Below, piece by piece: positions 21,992-36,479 of a DNA stretch of 64,000 nucleotides. Both the position numbers and the translations under genes were made by a program. Origin of the DNA: Octopus sinensis. Lineage: Eukaryota. The notes under the pieces are model-generated. The model had not been told where the DNA came from and ran no database searches. It saw only the letters and a program-made list of their open reading frames with translations. The stretch's first letter is position 1; the number at the start of each line of letters is the position of its first letter. The stretch covers positions 14,073,360 to 14,137,359 of the forward strand of contig NC_043019.1 of assembly GCF_006345805.1 (NCBI RefSeq), read 5' to 3'.

Positions 21992-23264
21992 CAATATATG
22001 TATGTATATATATGTACACACACACACACACACACACATGCGCGATGGCTTGCACAGAGTTCCCATCAACCAAATTCCCTTACAAAGCATTGGTCGGCCC
22101 ACAGCTTTTAGTAGGAGACACATGCCTAAGGTGCTGCAAAGTGGAACCGAACCCAGCACCCCACTTGTGCAAATCAAACATCTTAACCACAAAACCACAC
22201 CTGTAACTATATATATATCTTCTGCAAAAATGTATTACTTTAGGCATTTTCTTATTAAAAACATCAAAAGGAGCCGACTTAAGTGTTCAGTCGTTGTACG
22301 TCTTAGACACAGGAAGACATTATCAGAAGCATGTCCAGTAATCTAAAGACGCTGGGAGGTTATTGATGAGATGAATAGGAATGGAGATGATAGAGAACTC
22401 TATTCCGTCTTTGTTTGGTTCAATGCAAGTGGTGCATGGATTAAACGACGACGTCGATGAACGCAGTAAAATTGATTCAGAGACGCCATCTGCAGGAAAA
22501 AAACAACAGTTAAGTTAGTGTTGATATCTCTTACTCTTTACTCTTTTACTCTTTTACTCTTTTACTTGTTTCAGTCATTTGACTGCAGCCATGCTGGAGC
22601 ACCGCCTTTTAGTCGTGCAACTCGACCCCCGGGACTTATTCTTTGTTAAGCCTAGTACTTATTCTATCGGTCTCTTTTGCCGAACCGCTAAGTAACAGGG
22701 ACATAAACTCACCAGCATCGGTTGTCAAGCAATGCTAGGGGGACACACAGACATACACACACGCATATATATATATATATACATATATACGACGGGCTTC
22801 TTTCAGTTTCCATCTCCCAAATCCACTCACAAGGCTTTGGTCGGCCCGAGGCTATAGTAGAAGACACTTGCCCAAGGTGCCACGCAGTGGGACTGAACCC
22901 GGAACCATGTGGTTGGTAAGCAAGCTACTTACCACACAGCCACTCCTGCGCCTATATTTGATGTGTTTTAATGCTGGGAATATGAAAAGGCTAATTGGGG
23001 GAAATTGCGTTGTGAAATTAAGCTAACGAATCAATAAATAAAACAACGTTAGAAAATAACAGGTAGACGTGGATTATGGTCAAGTAGGTTGATTCTAAAT
23101 CGAAATGGTTTTAGGTTCAGTTCCACAGCATGGTACCTTGGGAAAGTGTCTTCTATTATAGCCCTGAGCTGACCATGTGGTTGGGAAGCAACCGTCATAC
23201 CACATAGACACACCTGTCATGCATACGGGAATACACCAGTTGACAAGTGATAAATAGACACACA

Positions 23265-23309
<45 letters not shown>

Positions 23310-24845
23310 CACTAGGCACAATATAAAACTAAAAAATGGAAAGCTTTAATCGTCACTAATTGTGACTGAGTGTGCCAAAGCACCTACATTGCAAGAAATA
23401 AGAGTTAAAAAGCCTTAATGCCACACAGAGCATGCAATGTATATACACTGACAGGGGAGATAACTGCCCATGAACAACTAGAGATCAATGGACCAAACTA
23501 ATTTTGCCCGTCAGTCATAGACCTGTCATCAGTGACTACTCACTTGTTTGGCTAAATTGGACTGTCAGTATATATATTTACACACAAACATACACACACA
23601 CACACACACATATATATATACATATATATATACATATACAGTTGTGAAACCTGTGCTGGTGGCACGTAAAAAGCACCATTCGAACGTGGCCGATGCCAGC
23701 ACCGCCTAGACTGGCTTCCATGCTGGTGGCACGTAAAAAACACCAATCCGATCATGGCCATTGCCAGCCTCGCCTGGCACCTGTGCCAGTGGCACGTAAA
23801 AAGCACCCACTACACTCTCGGAGTGGTTGGCGTTAGGAAGGGCATCCAACTGTAGAAACATTGCCAGATCAGACTGGAGCCTGGTGCAGCCTTCTGGCTT
23901 CGTAGATCCCCGGTCGAACCGTCCAACCCATGCTGGCATGGAGAGCGGATGTTAAACGATGATGATGATGATGATGACATATATACAACAGTCTTCTTTC
24001 AGTTTCCATCTACCAAATCCACTCACAAGTCTTTGGTCAGCCCGAGGCTATAGTAGAAGACACTTTCCCAAGATGTCATGCAGCGGGAATGAACCCAGAA
24101 CCATGTGGTTGGTAAGCAAGCTACTTACCACACAACACTCCTGCACCTATGTATTGATTTTTTCCAGTATTTTTCTTCCCATAAACACATTCAAGGGAAT
24201 GACGATGCATCCAAGGGTGATCCATTGCTGGGATTTAAGCAAGATATTCAGACTGACCATATTTTAAACTCTGATTTTTTTAAAAAGATAATTTGCAAAA
24301 GTGTGGAAATTTTAGGATTTATGGTGTGGAGGAATTAAAAGAAAAACTTTTTTCATAATTGTAAGAATTCCCATGTGTAGAAACACATTCACAAAAAGTT
24401 TTCTGAAAATTCCCCAAAATAAAAAAAAATTATGGTCAATCATAAGGGTTGCTTCAACTAAAATTCTACCAAAGTCCTTTCCTGTGGCATATAGACTCAA
24501 AGGTCCAGTTTCTCAGATTTTCTGGTGTATATACACCCCCTGGATGGGGGTGTATATACTCTGAAATTAAGTGTTTGGCACAAGAACACAACACATTGAC
24601 CAGACCAAGAATCAAAACTACAATCTTAAAACCATGAGTCGAACACCCTAACCACTAAGCTATGTACCTCAATATCCCGTAGAGTTAAAGCATAAATGTT
24701 TTACTCATCTGTGCCATAAACTATTTCCCAGATTCTCTGACAAATATATTCACCTCTGGATGGGACCCCAATCCATTGCTGGATTATTCAGTTTTGCCAG
24801 TTGAGTGGAGTTGAATAACTCGAAATGAAGTGTTTGGCACAAGAA

Positions 24846-25414
24846 CAGTGCTGGATTAACCCATTAAGCAAAATAAGCAGGTGTTTAGGGCATCAAGGGA
24901 AGGAGGTGGGGCACCACAGAAATGATAAATGGTTGACGGCACAAAAGAAATCACTTTAAACTTGCTAAAAGGCTATTCGGGATGTCTTTATGTCTATTGA
25001 GTATAGGTACAGATGCGTTACCTGAGATTAATGAGAGAGAGAAGGGGGGGAAGAAAGAAGGAAAGAAAGAAAGAAAGGAAGATAGAATGAATGAAAAATA
25101 GAATGAAAGAAAGGAAGGAAGAAAGAAAGAATGAATGAAAGAAAGAAAGAAAGAAAGAATGAAAGAAAGGAAGGAAGAAAGAATGAAAGAAGAAAGAATG
25201 AATGAAAGGAAGGAAGAAAGAATGAAAGAAAGGAAGGAAGAAAGAATGAAAGAAAGAAAGAAAGAAAGGAAGAAAGAATGAATGGATGAATGAAAGAAAG
25301 AATGAAAGAAAGAAAGGAAGGAAGGAAGAAAGAATGAAAGAAAGGAAGGAAGGAAGAAAGAAAGAAAAAGAAAGAAAGAAAGAAAGAAAGAAGGAAGAGG
25401 AAGGAAGAAAGGAA

Positions 25415-25451
<37 letters not shown>

Positions 25452-25815
25452 GAAGAAAGGAAGGAAGGAAGGAAGGAAGGAAGGAAGAAAGGAAGAAAGA
25501 AAGAAAGAAAGAAAGAAGGAAAGAAGGAAAGAAGGAAAGAAAGAAAGAAAGAGAGATAGAAAGAAAGAGAGATAGAAAGAAAGAAAGAAAGAAAGAAAGA
25601 GAGAAAGTGGGAGGAAACTTTTCAAATCTAAATAAAATGGAAGTAGACAAAAATAAACATAATTTTCCCTCTTTTACTGTTTTGTTTCTTTTTGAAAAAT
25701 AAAAATTTATTTTATGGTTTGTTTTTGTTTATATTTTAAATTACATAATCCTTTATGGTGGGGTACCAAAATCTTTTAAGTGCTTAGGGCCTCGATGGGT
25801 CTTAATCCGACCCTG
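24846..25815. mobile_element. hAT-type non-autonomous element with 8 bp TSD, carrying a (GAAA/GGAA)n tract at about 25035..25605
   Basis: TIRs are CAGTGCTGGATTAA and the reverse complement CAGGGTCGGATTAA. Perfect TSD CACAAGAA at 24838..24845 and 25816..25823. Confidence 0.88.
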
Positions 25816-26124
25816 CACAAGAACACAACACATCGCCCCCAATCCAGAAACCAAATCTACAATCTTAAAACCACGAGTCCAACACCCTAACCACTAAGCT
25901 ATGCGTCTCGATGTCCCATAGAGTTAAAGAATAAATATTTACTCATCTATGCCATAAATTATCTCAGACTTTGGCCAGTTCCATATCTCGCTCAATACAC
26001 AGTTATTGATAAAAAAAACCCCTATCTAGGCCAAAATGTCAGGTTTCCCAAACGCTAATGGTGCAGGACGTTTAACCCAATTACTCATCACTATATTACA
26101 TGTCAATATATATACATACATACA

Positions 26125-26160
<36 letters not shown>

Positions 26161-26251
26161 ATAATATATTATATATATTATATATAATATAGATATATCT
26201 ATATATATATTAATTATGTATATATATATATACACACACACACACCATAAC

Positions 26252-26283
<32 letters not shown>

Positions 26284-26384
26284 TATATATATCCTATATA
26301 CATATATATTATACATATATATATACATATATATATATATAATATATATATATATATAATATATCACACACACACACCATATAC

Positions 26385-26415
<31 letters not shown>

Positions 26416-26699
26416 TTATCATATTATATATATTATGTATATATATATATATATACATACACAGAGAGAGAGGGAAATTTGCTAATTTTCTAATTAGCTG
26501 TGTGGTAATTATGTAATTATTTATTCCCTACATTTGTCCAACATAATCTGTTTGACGAAACCCACTCCCTCTCTGTTAATGTGTGTGTGTGTTTATCTTT
26601 TATTATTTTTTTTGCTGTTGCTTCAGTCATTGGACTGCGGCCATGCTGGAGCACTGTCCCAAAGTTGTTTGAACAAACCCCAGTGCTTATGTGTTTTTA

Positions 26700-27078
26700 A
26701 GCTAAGTTAAGTTAAGTTAATTTTTTGGCTCAAAAAGCAAAAAGCAAGGCCATGTAGGGGGACATGGAGTTATGTACAGGGTGGTGTTCATGCAAAGAGT
26801 TCAGGCCATTTCCGGTCAAGAGAGACTTTGAACCGAGCGGTCGTCGGCATCTCACTATCTCGTATCTCGTCCGGCAGCTTATTCCACGGATCCGCAACCC
26901 GACGGAGAAAGCCCCTCCTCTCTCGATCGAGATGAAATCGTCGCAGATAGAGCTTTTCAGAGTGACCCCTTAGCCGACGCTCTGGAGCAGGAGTGAAGAA
27001 CAGCTCTTTCGAGAGGTTACACTTTCCGCTTATGATGTTGTGAGCAAGAATGAGATCACCATGGCGGCCTCAAAACAG
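26700..27078 (-). mobile_element. CR1/L2-clade LINE 3' end
   Basis: Open frame RHGDLILAHNIISG..RRLRGHSEKLY..RVADPWNKLPDE, followed by a short 3' UTR and a (TTAAC)n tail. Confidence 0.85.
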
Positions 27079-27897
27079 ACATGAAATGAGTGAATGAACA
27101 AATTGAATGAATAGTAAAGATTTTCTTTCTTTTTTTTGTAAAGTAAGTCACTAAGATAAAGAACTTAATCAGCAAAGAGATATTAACAAAGATATGAGGG
27201 ACAATTATTTCAAACACGTGTTTTTTGATGTGAGAGAAAACCTTATTCCATTACAGCTATGTTCAATGGCCATTAGCCACCACTTTTCTAATCTGTAATA
27301 AATGGATTATATATCTTCAATTTAATTATCGCACATTTAAAGATAACTCATGGACGATTTTATATAGGTATACATGTGTGTGTGTGTGTGTATGTGTGTA
27401 TGCATATATCTATGTATATGTGTGCGTGTGTGTATGCATATATGTATGTATATGTGTGTGTGTATACATGCATATACATATATATGTATATGTGTGTGTG
27501 TATACATGCATATACATATATATGTGTGTGAGTGTGTGTGTATGCGTATATATATATGTTTATATATGTGTATGTGTATGGATATATATATATATATATA
27601 TGTATGCATGCAAATATATATATATATTTATATATGTATGTATGCGTGTATATATATATACTCTTTACTCTTTTACTCTTTTACTTGTTTCAGTCATTTG
27701 ACTGTGGCCATGCTGGAGCATTGCCTTTTAGTCGAGCAAATCGAACCCAGGACTTATTATTTTTAAGCCTAGTACTTATTCTATCATTCTCTTTTGCCAA
27801 ACCGCTAAGTTACAGGGACGTAAATACACCAGCATCGGTTGTCAAGCAATGTTGGGGGCACAAACACAGACACACAAACATATACACACACTCATAC

Positions 27898-27928
<31 letters not shown>

Positions 27929-28102
27929 TACGACGGGCTTCTTTCAGTTTCCGTCTACCAAATCCACTCACAAGGCTTTGGTCATCCCAAGGCTATAGTA
28001 GAAGACACTTGCCCAAAAACACACACATCGCCCGGTCTGAGATTCGAACCCATGATCCCTCAGCCACTAGTCCGCTGCTGTAACCACTAGGTCATGTGCC
28101 TC

Positions 28103-28143
<41 letters not shown>

Positions 28144-28372
28144 TCATATATATATATGTGTGTGAGTGTGTGCGTGTCCGTGTGTATATAAATATATATA
28201 TATGCATATATATATATGTGTGTGCATTCATTATTTTTTTTCTTTACCTATGTAAAAAAAGTGTGTTACTGTCTGGGAGATATTTATGGTAGCAGAAAAA
28301 GTATTTTAACTGCTATTTCTAAATTCAGTGCGTGGCGAATCAATTAGCTGACCCCTAATTATAATTATGCTT

Positions 28373-28405
<33 letters not shown>

Positions 28406-28769
28406 ATAAAACTTATATATAAAGAACGTGAAATTCACGAATTGACAAACACGGAAAAATGGACAGTAATTCAGAGACTTCATTCTTCAGTCAGAAACCG
28501 ACTCATCATGGCAAATTTCGGCTGTTTAATTCTGAGATTTGCTCCGAAAAGGCCAGCCCCAAGGAAAAGCTAAGCTATGGGCATTAGATTTGCTTGGTAG
28601 AAGGAAAGAATGTGACAACCGAGACGAATAGGAAAACAAGAGACGAAGATAAAATTGGAAACAGTAACGAATAAAAACAGGAATGACACGGGGGCGTCTT
28701 ACGACTTTGAGACAAAATGAGACAAAACAATTGATCAGCAAGCGTATACATACATATATATATATATAA

Positions 28770-29670
28770 AGGTTATTCGAAGAATACTGTCTGATTTTTC
28801 CAAAGCATTTTTTCAAATTCAATTTAAGAGGACAGTTTTGTAGTGTTTTAGACGAAATTTTACATGCTTAATAATTAATGTGTATTCTTTAATAAATTTT
28901 TATTGATTTCTTTCAGAATATAATTTTGAAGCATAGAAATCTTGAATTTGAAATATGAAAAAAGAAGAAATGCATTTACTTTTTTTGCATGAATTCAAGC
29001 TTGGACATAATTCTTTCCAAACACCCACCAATATCAACAGAGCATGGGGTGAAGGGCCTACTAGTGACTGGATGGTACAACAGTGGTTTGAGAGATTCCA
29101 TAGTGGGCATGAGAGAAATGAAGGTCAAGAAAGTAGAGGCAGCGAGCTGGCAGAAACATTAGCATGCCGGGCGAAATGCTTAGCAGTATTTCGTCTGTCT
29201 TTACGTTCAGAGTTCAAATTCCACTGAGGTCGACTTTGCCTTTCATCATTTGAGGGTCGATAAATTAAGTACCAGTTACGCACTGGGGTCAATGTAATCG
29301 ACTTAATCTGTTTGTCTATCCTTGGCAGAATTTGAACTCAGAACTCGAAATACTGCTAAGCATTTCGCCTGGCATGCTAACGATTCTGCCAGCTCCAGTT
29401 CTGCTCCATGACAACGCTTGACTGCACATTTCCAGGATGACACTGCAGAAGCTCACAGACTTGGGATACAAGACTTTACCACATCCTCCATATTCTCCTG
29501 AACTTTCCTTTCACCCAACAACTATCACTTTTTCAAGCACCTAGACACTTTTTTTATGGCAAAAACCCTTTTGTTCCAAAACCAAGGTCAAAACTGAAAT
29601 CAAGGATTTCTGGGTATCAAAACCTTTGGATTGTTATTGATGAGGCATAACTGACCTTGCTAATCAATGG
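28770..29670 (+). pseudogene. Decayed mariner (DD34D) transposon, internally deleted and interrupted by SINE B (about 29137..29390)
   Basis: HTH region MKKEEMHLLFLHEFKLGHN..NINRAWG..VQQWFERF (28955..29135). Catalytic region LLHDNA*..LQKLTDLGYKTLPHPPYSPEL (from about 29401). Confidence 0.85.
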
Positions 29671-30122
29671 GAGAAATACATATCTGTCCAGGGATCATAT
29701 TTAGGAAAATTAAACCTTTCCTGGCTTTAGGTAAAAGAAAATACAGGAGCATCAGTTAATTATGATTTTATTCAACATATTCCACTCTTAGATTCGCATA
29801 CTTATTTCAATGATTCTTCAGTTTTTCTAAACCCTGTAAAGGAATTTGGAAGGTTGGGTCTGCAACCAGGCCTTTCATGATACCTTTAAAGCCTGGAGCT
29901 TTACAACACCCCTTTCTATGTATATATGCATGTAAGATTTCCATTGAAATCACATGCTGATTTCATAAACTCTGATTACGTTATATATCTTTATACATAC
30001 ATACATACATACATACTATATATATATAGGGAGAGTTCATGAAAAAACAAAAAACGAAGACAGGTGGTATAGAAAACAAACAGATGTATTAGTATAATGC
30101 TCAGGAATAGAAATAGAACAAG

Positions 30123-30160
30123 TCTTTTACGTTTCGAGCCTACACTCTTCGACAGAAAGA
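30123..30160 (-). ncRNA. Hammerhead-like motif, A6-variant family (element about 30028..30225)
   Basis: The minus strand reads UCUUU CUGUCGA A GAGU GUAG GCUC GAAA CGU A AAAGA. Confidence 0.55.
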
Positions 30161-31038
30161 GACACAGAAAAAAACAAGGAGAGAAATAAGGAGAGAAAAA
30201 AATGTGTGTAGTGGCTAACGATCTATCACATATATATATCTGTATGTATGTATATATGTATACACATGACAGGCTTCTTTCAGTTTCCATCTACCAAACG
30301 CACTCACGAGACTTTGGTTAGCTTGGAGTTATAGCAGAAGACACTTGCCCAAGGTGCGACACAGTGGGATGGAACCCGAAAACATGCAATTAAGAAGCAA
30401 ATTTCTTACCACACAGCTATGCCTACACCTCCTACACTTACGCCTTTTGCCCACGCAAATTATTTGAGACAGAAAATGAAAATGAAAAGGTAAAATAAAA
30501 TAACAACGGTTTGAATTTGTACAAGCTTAATATTTACTTATGAGTGATGCTCTTGGGAAAGATGTTAACCTCAAAACTACCCATCCACCAATTGTTTCAG
30601 CATTAAGAAATCAATACTCTCAAAAGAGAAATCAATAAACACAATGGTGCTATTTCTTAGAATGTGTGATTCTTGTGTGAGAAGGCTGTGACATAGTTTT
30701 AGAAAACGTGTTATTTCTAAAAGATTGATAAACAAAACGCCAAAAACTACTACAACGAAAACCGAAATATAATTGTTCGTTTTTAGTTATGTGTCAGAGG
30801 GAAATTAAAAACTTTGAGATTAGAGACATTGGTTGGAATGTGATAATTGCAAGGAATAGATTTTAATTTACATGGTTTTTTGTCTATGCACGTGTGTGTG
30901 TGTGTGTGTGTGTATAAATATATATACATGAATTAATATACATGATATATAAATGTGTGTATATATGTATGAATATATATATATTTATATGTATATACAT
31001 ATATATATGTAAATGTATACATACATATATATATATAT

Positions 31039-31130
<92 letters not shown>

Positions 31131-32207
31131 TTAAGTGAATGATATGGTAGTATTTCAAAACTAGCCATTAAGCAATTTTTTTTCTAGTTCAGCAAATTGG
31201 TAAATGTTCTAAGAAAAGCTGTGTCTTTTTCCCGAAGGCAATTGGTAGTCATTAGAGCATCATGCTCTATGCTTTTTTTGGGGGGGTTTTTATTCCAACT
31301 ATCTAGGTCCTAGGTTCAAATCCCACTGCTGTCTAATTTCCTTTTTATTTTGCTTTTCATTCCTTTGAGGTTGATTAAAAAAAATTATTACTGATTCAGT
31401 GTAGTTTCTTTATGCATAAATGTGGGAACAAAACTTGCTTAAGGGGTGCAAACCCAGATCCAGCCCAGGATGTTGATAGCATTTTCATTGCCCCAAAAAT
31501 TTTAAGGGGTACACTTACATCCCCTGAACCCCGTATTCTCAAGCCAGTGCTGTATGAAAATCAGACTAGATGTATTATAGTATTCATTCTTTCGTTTTGG
31601 CTATATGCATTCTGAGTTCAAATCCTACCCTGGCCTACTTAAGTTTAGATTTACTTCATCAGATTAACACCACCACCACCACCATCACAACCTAGCACCT
31701 ATGGGTCTCTATAGTAGAGTCCACTCTGTTTCAATCACTTCAGACAGACCTTTGGTTTGAGGACGTCTTCTTTCTTCCATGCCTTCCTTCCTTCGTGTCT
31801 CCCTTCCACAAGTTTTAGAGAACTTTCATCTGTTGTTACGTTCTGAGTTCAAATTCCACCGAGGTAAACTTTACCTTTCATCCTTTCATAGTCGATAAAT
31901 TAAGCACCAGTTACGCACTGGGGGGGGTCAATGTAATCGACTTAATCCCTTTGTCTGTCCTTATTTGCCCCCTCTGTATTTAGCCCCTTGGAGGCAACAA
32001 AGAAATAAATGTTTTAGAGGACTTGTAAAGAGCTACAGACAAATGCCTTTATTCCTGACTAAAAAGTATTTAAAAAAAAAATAAAAATGAAATTGCATAA
32101 ATTCGCTGAAGCCCCGTGGAACATTAAAATTAGAAAGAAGAACATTGCTTAGGCTGAAAACAATCCTTGTTGTTGGCGCCGGTCGAGGCTGAATTCTTTT
32201 AACATCC

Positions 32208-32295
32208 AAGCTACATAATGCAAAATTTTTACTTTTAAAAACTCCAATTCTAAAGGGTCGAAACAAACCCAAGCAACGCCGGGCGATACTGCTAG
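32208..32295 (+). mobile_element. Helitron H1 3' terminal fragment
   Basis: The last ~90 bp match 34355..34442 and end in CTAG|T. The upstream sequence is unrelated to H1. Confidence 0.7.
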
Positions 32296-32662
32296 TCTAT
32301 ATATCTCTCTGCGAACTGGCAGAAACGTTAGCACGCCGGGCGAAATGCTTAGCGGTATTTCGTCTGCCGTTACGTTGTGAGTTCAAATTCCGCTGAGGTC
32401 GACTTTGCCTTTCATCCTTTCGGGGTCGATAAATAAAGTACCAGTTACGCACTGGGGTCGATGTAATCGACTTAATCCCTTTGTCTGTCCTTGTTTGTCC
32501 CCTCTATGTTTAGCCCCTAGTGGGCAATAAAGAAATATATATATCTCTCTTACTCTCTTACTCTTACTTGTTTCAGTCATTTTGACTGCGGCCATGCCGG
32601 AGCACCGCCTTATATATCTATGTATGGACATGCATATATTTATGTGTGTGCGTGTACATATA

Positions 32663-32893
32663 TATTTCTTTACTACCCACAAGGGGCTAAACATAGAGGG
32701 GACAAACAAAGACAGACAAAGGGATTAAGTCGATTACATCGACCCCAGTGCAAAACTGGTACTTAATTTATCGACCCCGAAAGGATGAAAGGCAAAGTCG
32801 ACCTCAACGGAATTTGAACTCAGAATGTAACGACAGACGAAATATGGCTACGCATTTCGCCCGGCGTGCTAACGTTTCTGCCAGCTCGCCGCC
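32663..32893 (-). mobile_element. SINE family B, representative full-length copy (tRNA-like head, GCCTTTCATCCTTTCGGGGTCGATAAA central domain)
   Basis: B-box GAGTTCAAATTCC. Other copies are at about 15766-15996(-), 32311-32537(+), 59593-59864(-), 60598-61015 (two in tandem, -), 29137-29320(+), 31830-32010(+), 8905-9075(-), 16555-16715(-), 55040-55140(-) and 57264-57395(-). The central domain resembles Meta/MESC-type SINE domains (from memory). Confidence 0.9.
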
Positions 32894-32904
32894 CATGCAT
32901 GTAC

Positions 32905-32945
<41 letters not shown>

Positions 32946-34051
32946 TGTCTTTACTACTTTCTTCCTTCTTTCCTTCCTTCCTTCCTTCCTTTATTTATTC
33001 CTTTCTAAAATGATACAATAAATAATATCTTCACCAAAATTATGCCAGCTAAAACCCCGTTTCTTATCCAACATAAGAATCTAGCCATATCGCTCACATT
33101 ACTTTTAATAATGGTTCCTTACATACCGTTATCTACATGAAAAAGAATCTTTATGTAGGAAATCAGACTTTTTCCTTTAAAATAACTTTTCATGTCTTAC
33201 TTCGGAATTAAAATCAATATACCTTGCCTTGTTTGTGCCTTCCCCGTAGCTCTTTGTATTCCTACCAGATGTTGATATTTTGACTCCAGTCCAATCCATT
33301 TCATCCTGCTGATTAATGGCCTCATATCGGTAAGCAACAACCATTTTGATTTCTTTTGTTGTGGTTTTGTAAATCTTTACCGATTTTTGGCAAGGAAAGT
33401 CATTGAAATCAATGATTTTTCATGGAGTTATTGCAATACTTTTGATATAATTCCTATTCTCGTAACCAACTGGTTAGTGTTAGAATTTATATTTTGTAGA
33501 AGTAGTTCCGTGGAAAAGCTATTGTTAAGTAGGTATTTTATGGCAACATGTTTTGAGGAATTAGCTGGCCATTTGGCAGAATCGTTCAAATGACAGATAA
33601 ATTGGTTGGCAGTAATTGTTCTGACTCACGGTGTTGTGAGTTCAAACCCTACTAACTTTGCCTTTCATTCTTCCTCCTTTCAGGCTTTGTGAGCCCTAAA
33701 GTTCAAAGGGTGCTTTTTTATGTGGCACCAGCATGGGTACTGCAACACTAGCGTTGTCCATGTCAAATGATCTGACTTGGCTTGACAGGTCTTCTCAAGC
33801 ACTGCATATCACCCAATGTTCAAAGGGTGCTAGGTATTCCACACTGGCATTGGCCACAACTGTGATTTCACCTGGCTTGGCAGGCCTTCTCAGGTTCAGC
33901 ATATTACCAAAGGTCTTAATCGCTTGTCATTGCCACCATGAGGCCCAGCGTTCAAAGATCATGCTTCACTACCTTGTCCCAAATCTTCCTCGGTCTACAT
34001 CTTCCATGCAATTTCACTCGGCTTGATGGGTCTTCTCAAGTACAGCATATA

Positions 34052-34442
34052 TCTCTATATATATAAAGCCGAAGTTGTCTGTGTATGGCAGGTTTCGTAG
34101 CCTTCAACTAACACTATCTCCTCCGAGACCCTGCGGCACAAGTTGACCAAAATTGAAAGTATGATAGAAGAAGGCTTGCTCTTCCTTCCATAGAAGAAAA
34201 AATTCAAGTCAGACCATGTTAACACCAAAAATTATTTACATCAAAAAGGTGCTTTTTTTCTATGAAAATCCCTATTTTTACGATTTCTTTACTGCTGTGT
34301 TGCTATTTTTCAGTGTATTTCAACCAGAAAAATGTTCATTTAAAGAGAATAACAAGCTACATAATGTAAAATTTTTACTTTTCAAAAATTCCATTTCTAA
34401 AGGGTCGAAACAAACCAGAGCAACGCCGGGCGATACTGCTAG
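34052..34442 (+). mobile_element. Non-autonomous Helitron H1, complete
   Basis: A|TCTCTATATATATAAAGCCGAAGTTGTCTG ... CCAGAGCAACGCCGGGCGATACTGCTAG|T. Confidence 0.82.
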
Positions 34443-34804
34443 TATATATATATATATATATATGAAAGAAGGTTTGAAAATACAGTTTTAAAGATGTTTA
34501 TTCACTTGGCTGGTTTCACTTTTTTAGAAAAAGATTGTCAAAAGTAAAATGTAAAGCTTTGTATAAGCTTTGTTGTGTTAAGTACCGGTTGTCACAAAAT
34601 ATTACAATACATATTTACATTCTTTGATAATAATAAGAAAATGTTAAAAACAGATTACAACGAAATATTTTGAGAAAATATTAAACAAAAAGTATTAGGA
34701 ATTCAATAAAAATATTAGGAGTTCAATAAAAATCATGTTTGGTAGTATATATATACACAGAAGGAGATATATTTAGGATATATTTAACTGTATGTGTGTG
34801 TATG

Positions 34805-34838
<34 letters not shown>

Positions 34839-35216
34839 GCATATATAAATATATATATACACATACATAGATATATCCATTTAATTTTGCGGGGTGAATG
34901 CCTTAGAATGTACTCTTAAATGGTCTTATGCTCCGTGATGTTGGCTACCATCCAAAAGTCGTATCTTCCAATTTAATCCGAGGGAATGGTTATACAGGTG
35001 GGTTTCTTTTCATCTTAGGCTTGGAAATTTAGAGTCTTCAATAATGTATCACAACATATGTTTCTGCATCCCTTATGTTCATTAATTAGAACCTTTACAT
35101 ATTCATAAGATATTGTTTAAGATTATTCATCGTAAGTTTTCCTCCATCACTATGTGTATGCTTCATCAAGCATATATATATATATATATATATAGATATA
35201 TATATATATAGATATC

Positions 35217-35252
<36 letters not shown>

Positions 35253-36429
35253 ATATATATTATATATATATATATGTATGTATGTATGTATGTATTATGT
35301 ATATAGTACATATATAAACATACACATGATTATGTCCATATATATATATATATATACATACACGCTCACACATATATGCACATACACCTACTCTCACAAT
35401 CACACACATATATCTGTGTGTGTGAGTGTGTGTGTGTATGTATTAGAATCTGTGTGGTTGTATTTGTGTTAATGTGTATTCACCCATGCATGACTGATAT
35501 TTTGAACTTGAATCACTGATGCACTTCGCTGCACTCCGCTGCACTTCATTACGTTTGTCCAATTCAATAACATGAAACAAAGGTAACAAGAAAAAAAAGA
35601 ACAAAAACAAAAAGCAAAAGAAATAAAATAATGTAAACAAAAAACTAAAAGAAAAACGGAAACAAAAAGATCAAAATATAAAAAAATAAAAAAAAGGCCC
35701 CTGCTAATGATGTATTAGGATTTGATGTTTTTCCTCAAACTGTGCAATTTCGTTAAGAAAGAAACTGATACGAAAGTCTGTTATTGCAGAAAACCACTTT
35801 TGTTGTTGACTGTCGATTCCGAAGACCATCAATCATATTTGCAGATAGGAGAACGTTACGAAGAGGAATTAAAAGGGAAAGAAAAGGAAGAGAGATGAGA
35901 GAGAGAGAGAGAAGAAGAGAAAAGAAAAAAAACAAAGATAAATCTTTGACAGATAATGATAATGTTTGGTAGAATCAATGATTTCCATTGAAAAGAAACC
36001 TCCGTACTGATACAATACGCAAGCATTTCTGATATCTTTGTTGGAATGTCAGCATGTGTAATGTTACGTTAGAGTAGCGTAGAGTTATTTCTGTAGACTT
36101 GAGCTATATTCCACAGCATGCAGCCTACATGCTGTGATATACTGTAAGTTTAATTGGGGGAGCAGAGGGCATGGTTCATTTCTGTGTATTTTTTACTATT
36201 TCTACAATATGCAGCTTCTCTGCAATGGTATAATCTGTGATTAATTGAGGGCCAGAGGGCACAGTTCATTTCTGCAGAGTTAAAAAGTATTTTATTGAAA
36301 ACAGTGAATTGATGACGGTGAACATTCCACAGGGGAAATATTAACTTACTTGGAAGCAAGATAAGGGTTGGTGACGGTAAAGGCATCTGGCAATGGAATA
36401 CCAACAAATTCTGTCCAATCCATACAAAC

Positions 36430-36447
36430 ATAGACAAAGCAGACATT

Positions 36448-36479
<32 letters not shown>

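Noticed and set aside
3245-25815. Inverted CAGGG(C/T)CGGATTAAG termini 22.5 kb apart flanking the whole ACOD1 gene, like a composite transposon
   Set aside because: The right terminus belongs to its own element (24846..25815) with a perfect CACAAGAA TSD, and the 8 bp flanks at 3237..3244 and 25816..25823 do not match. These are two independent copies.
28955-29227. 90 aa ORF as an intact gene
   Set aside because: Only the first ~60 codons are mariner HTH. The rest reads into a SINE B insertion, and the catalytic part has stops.
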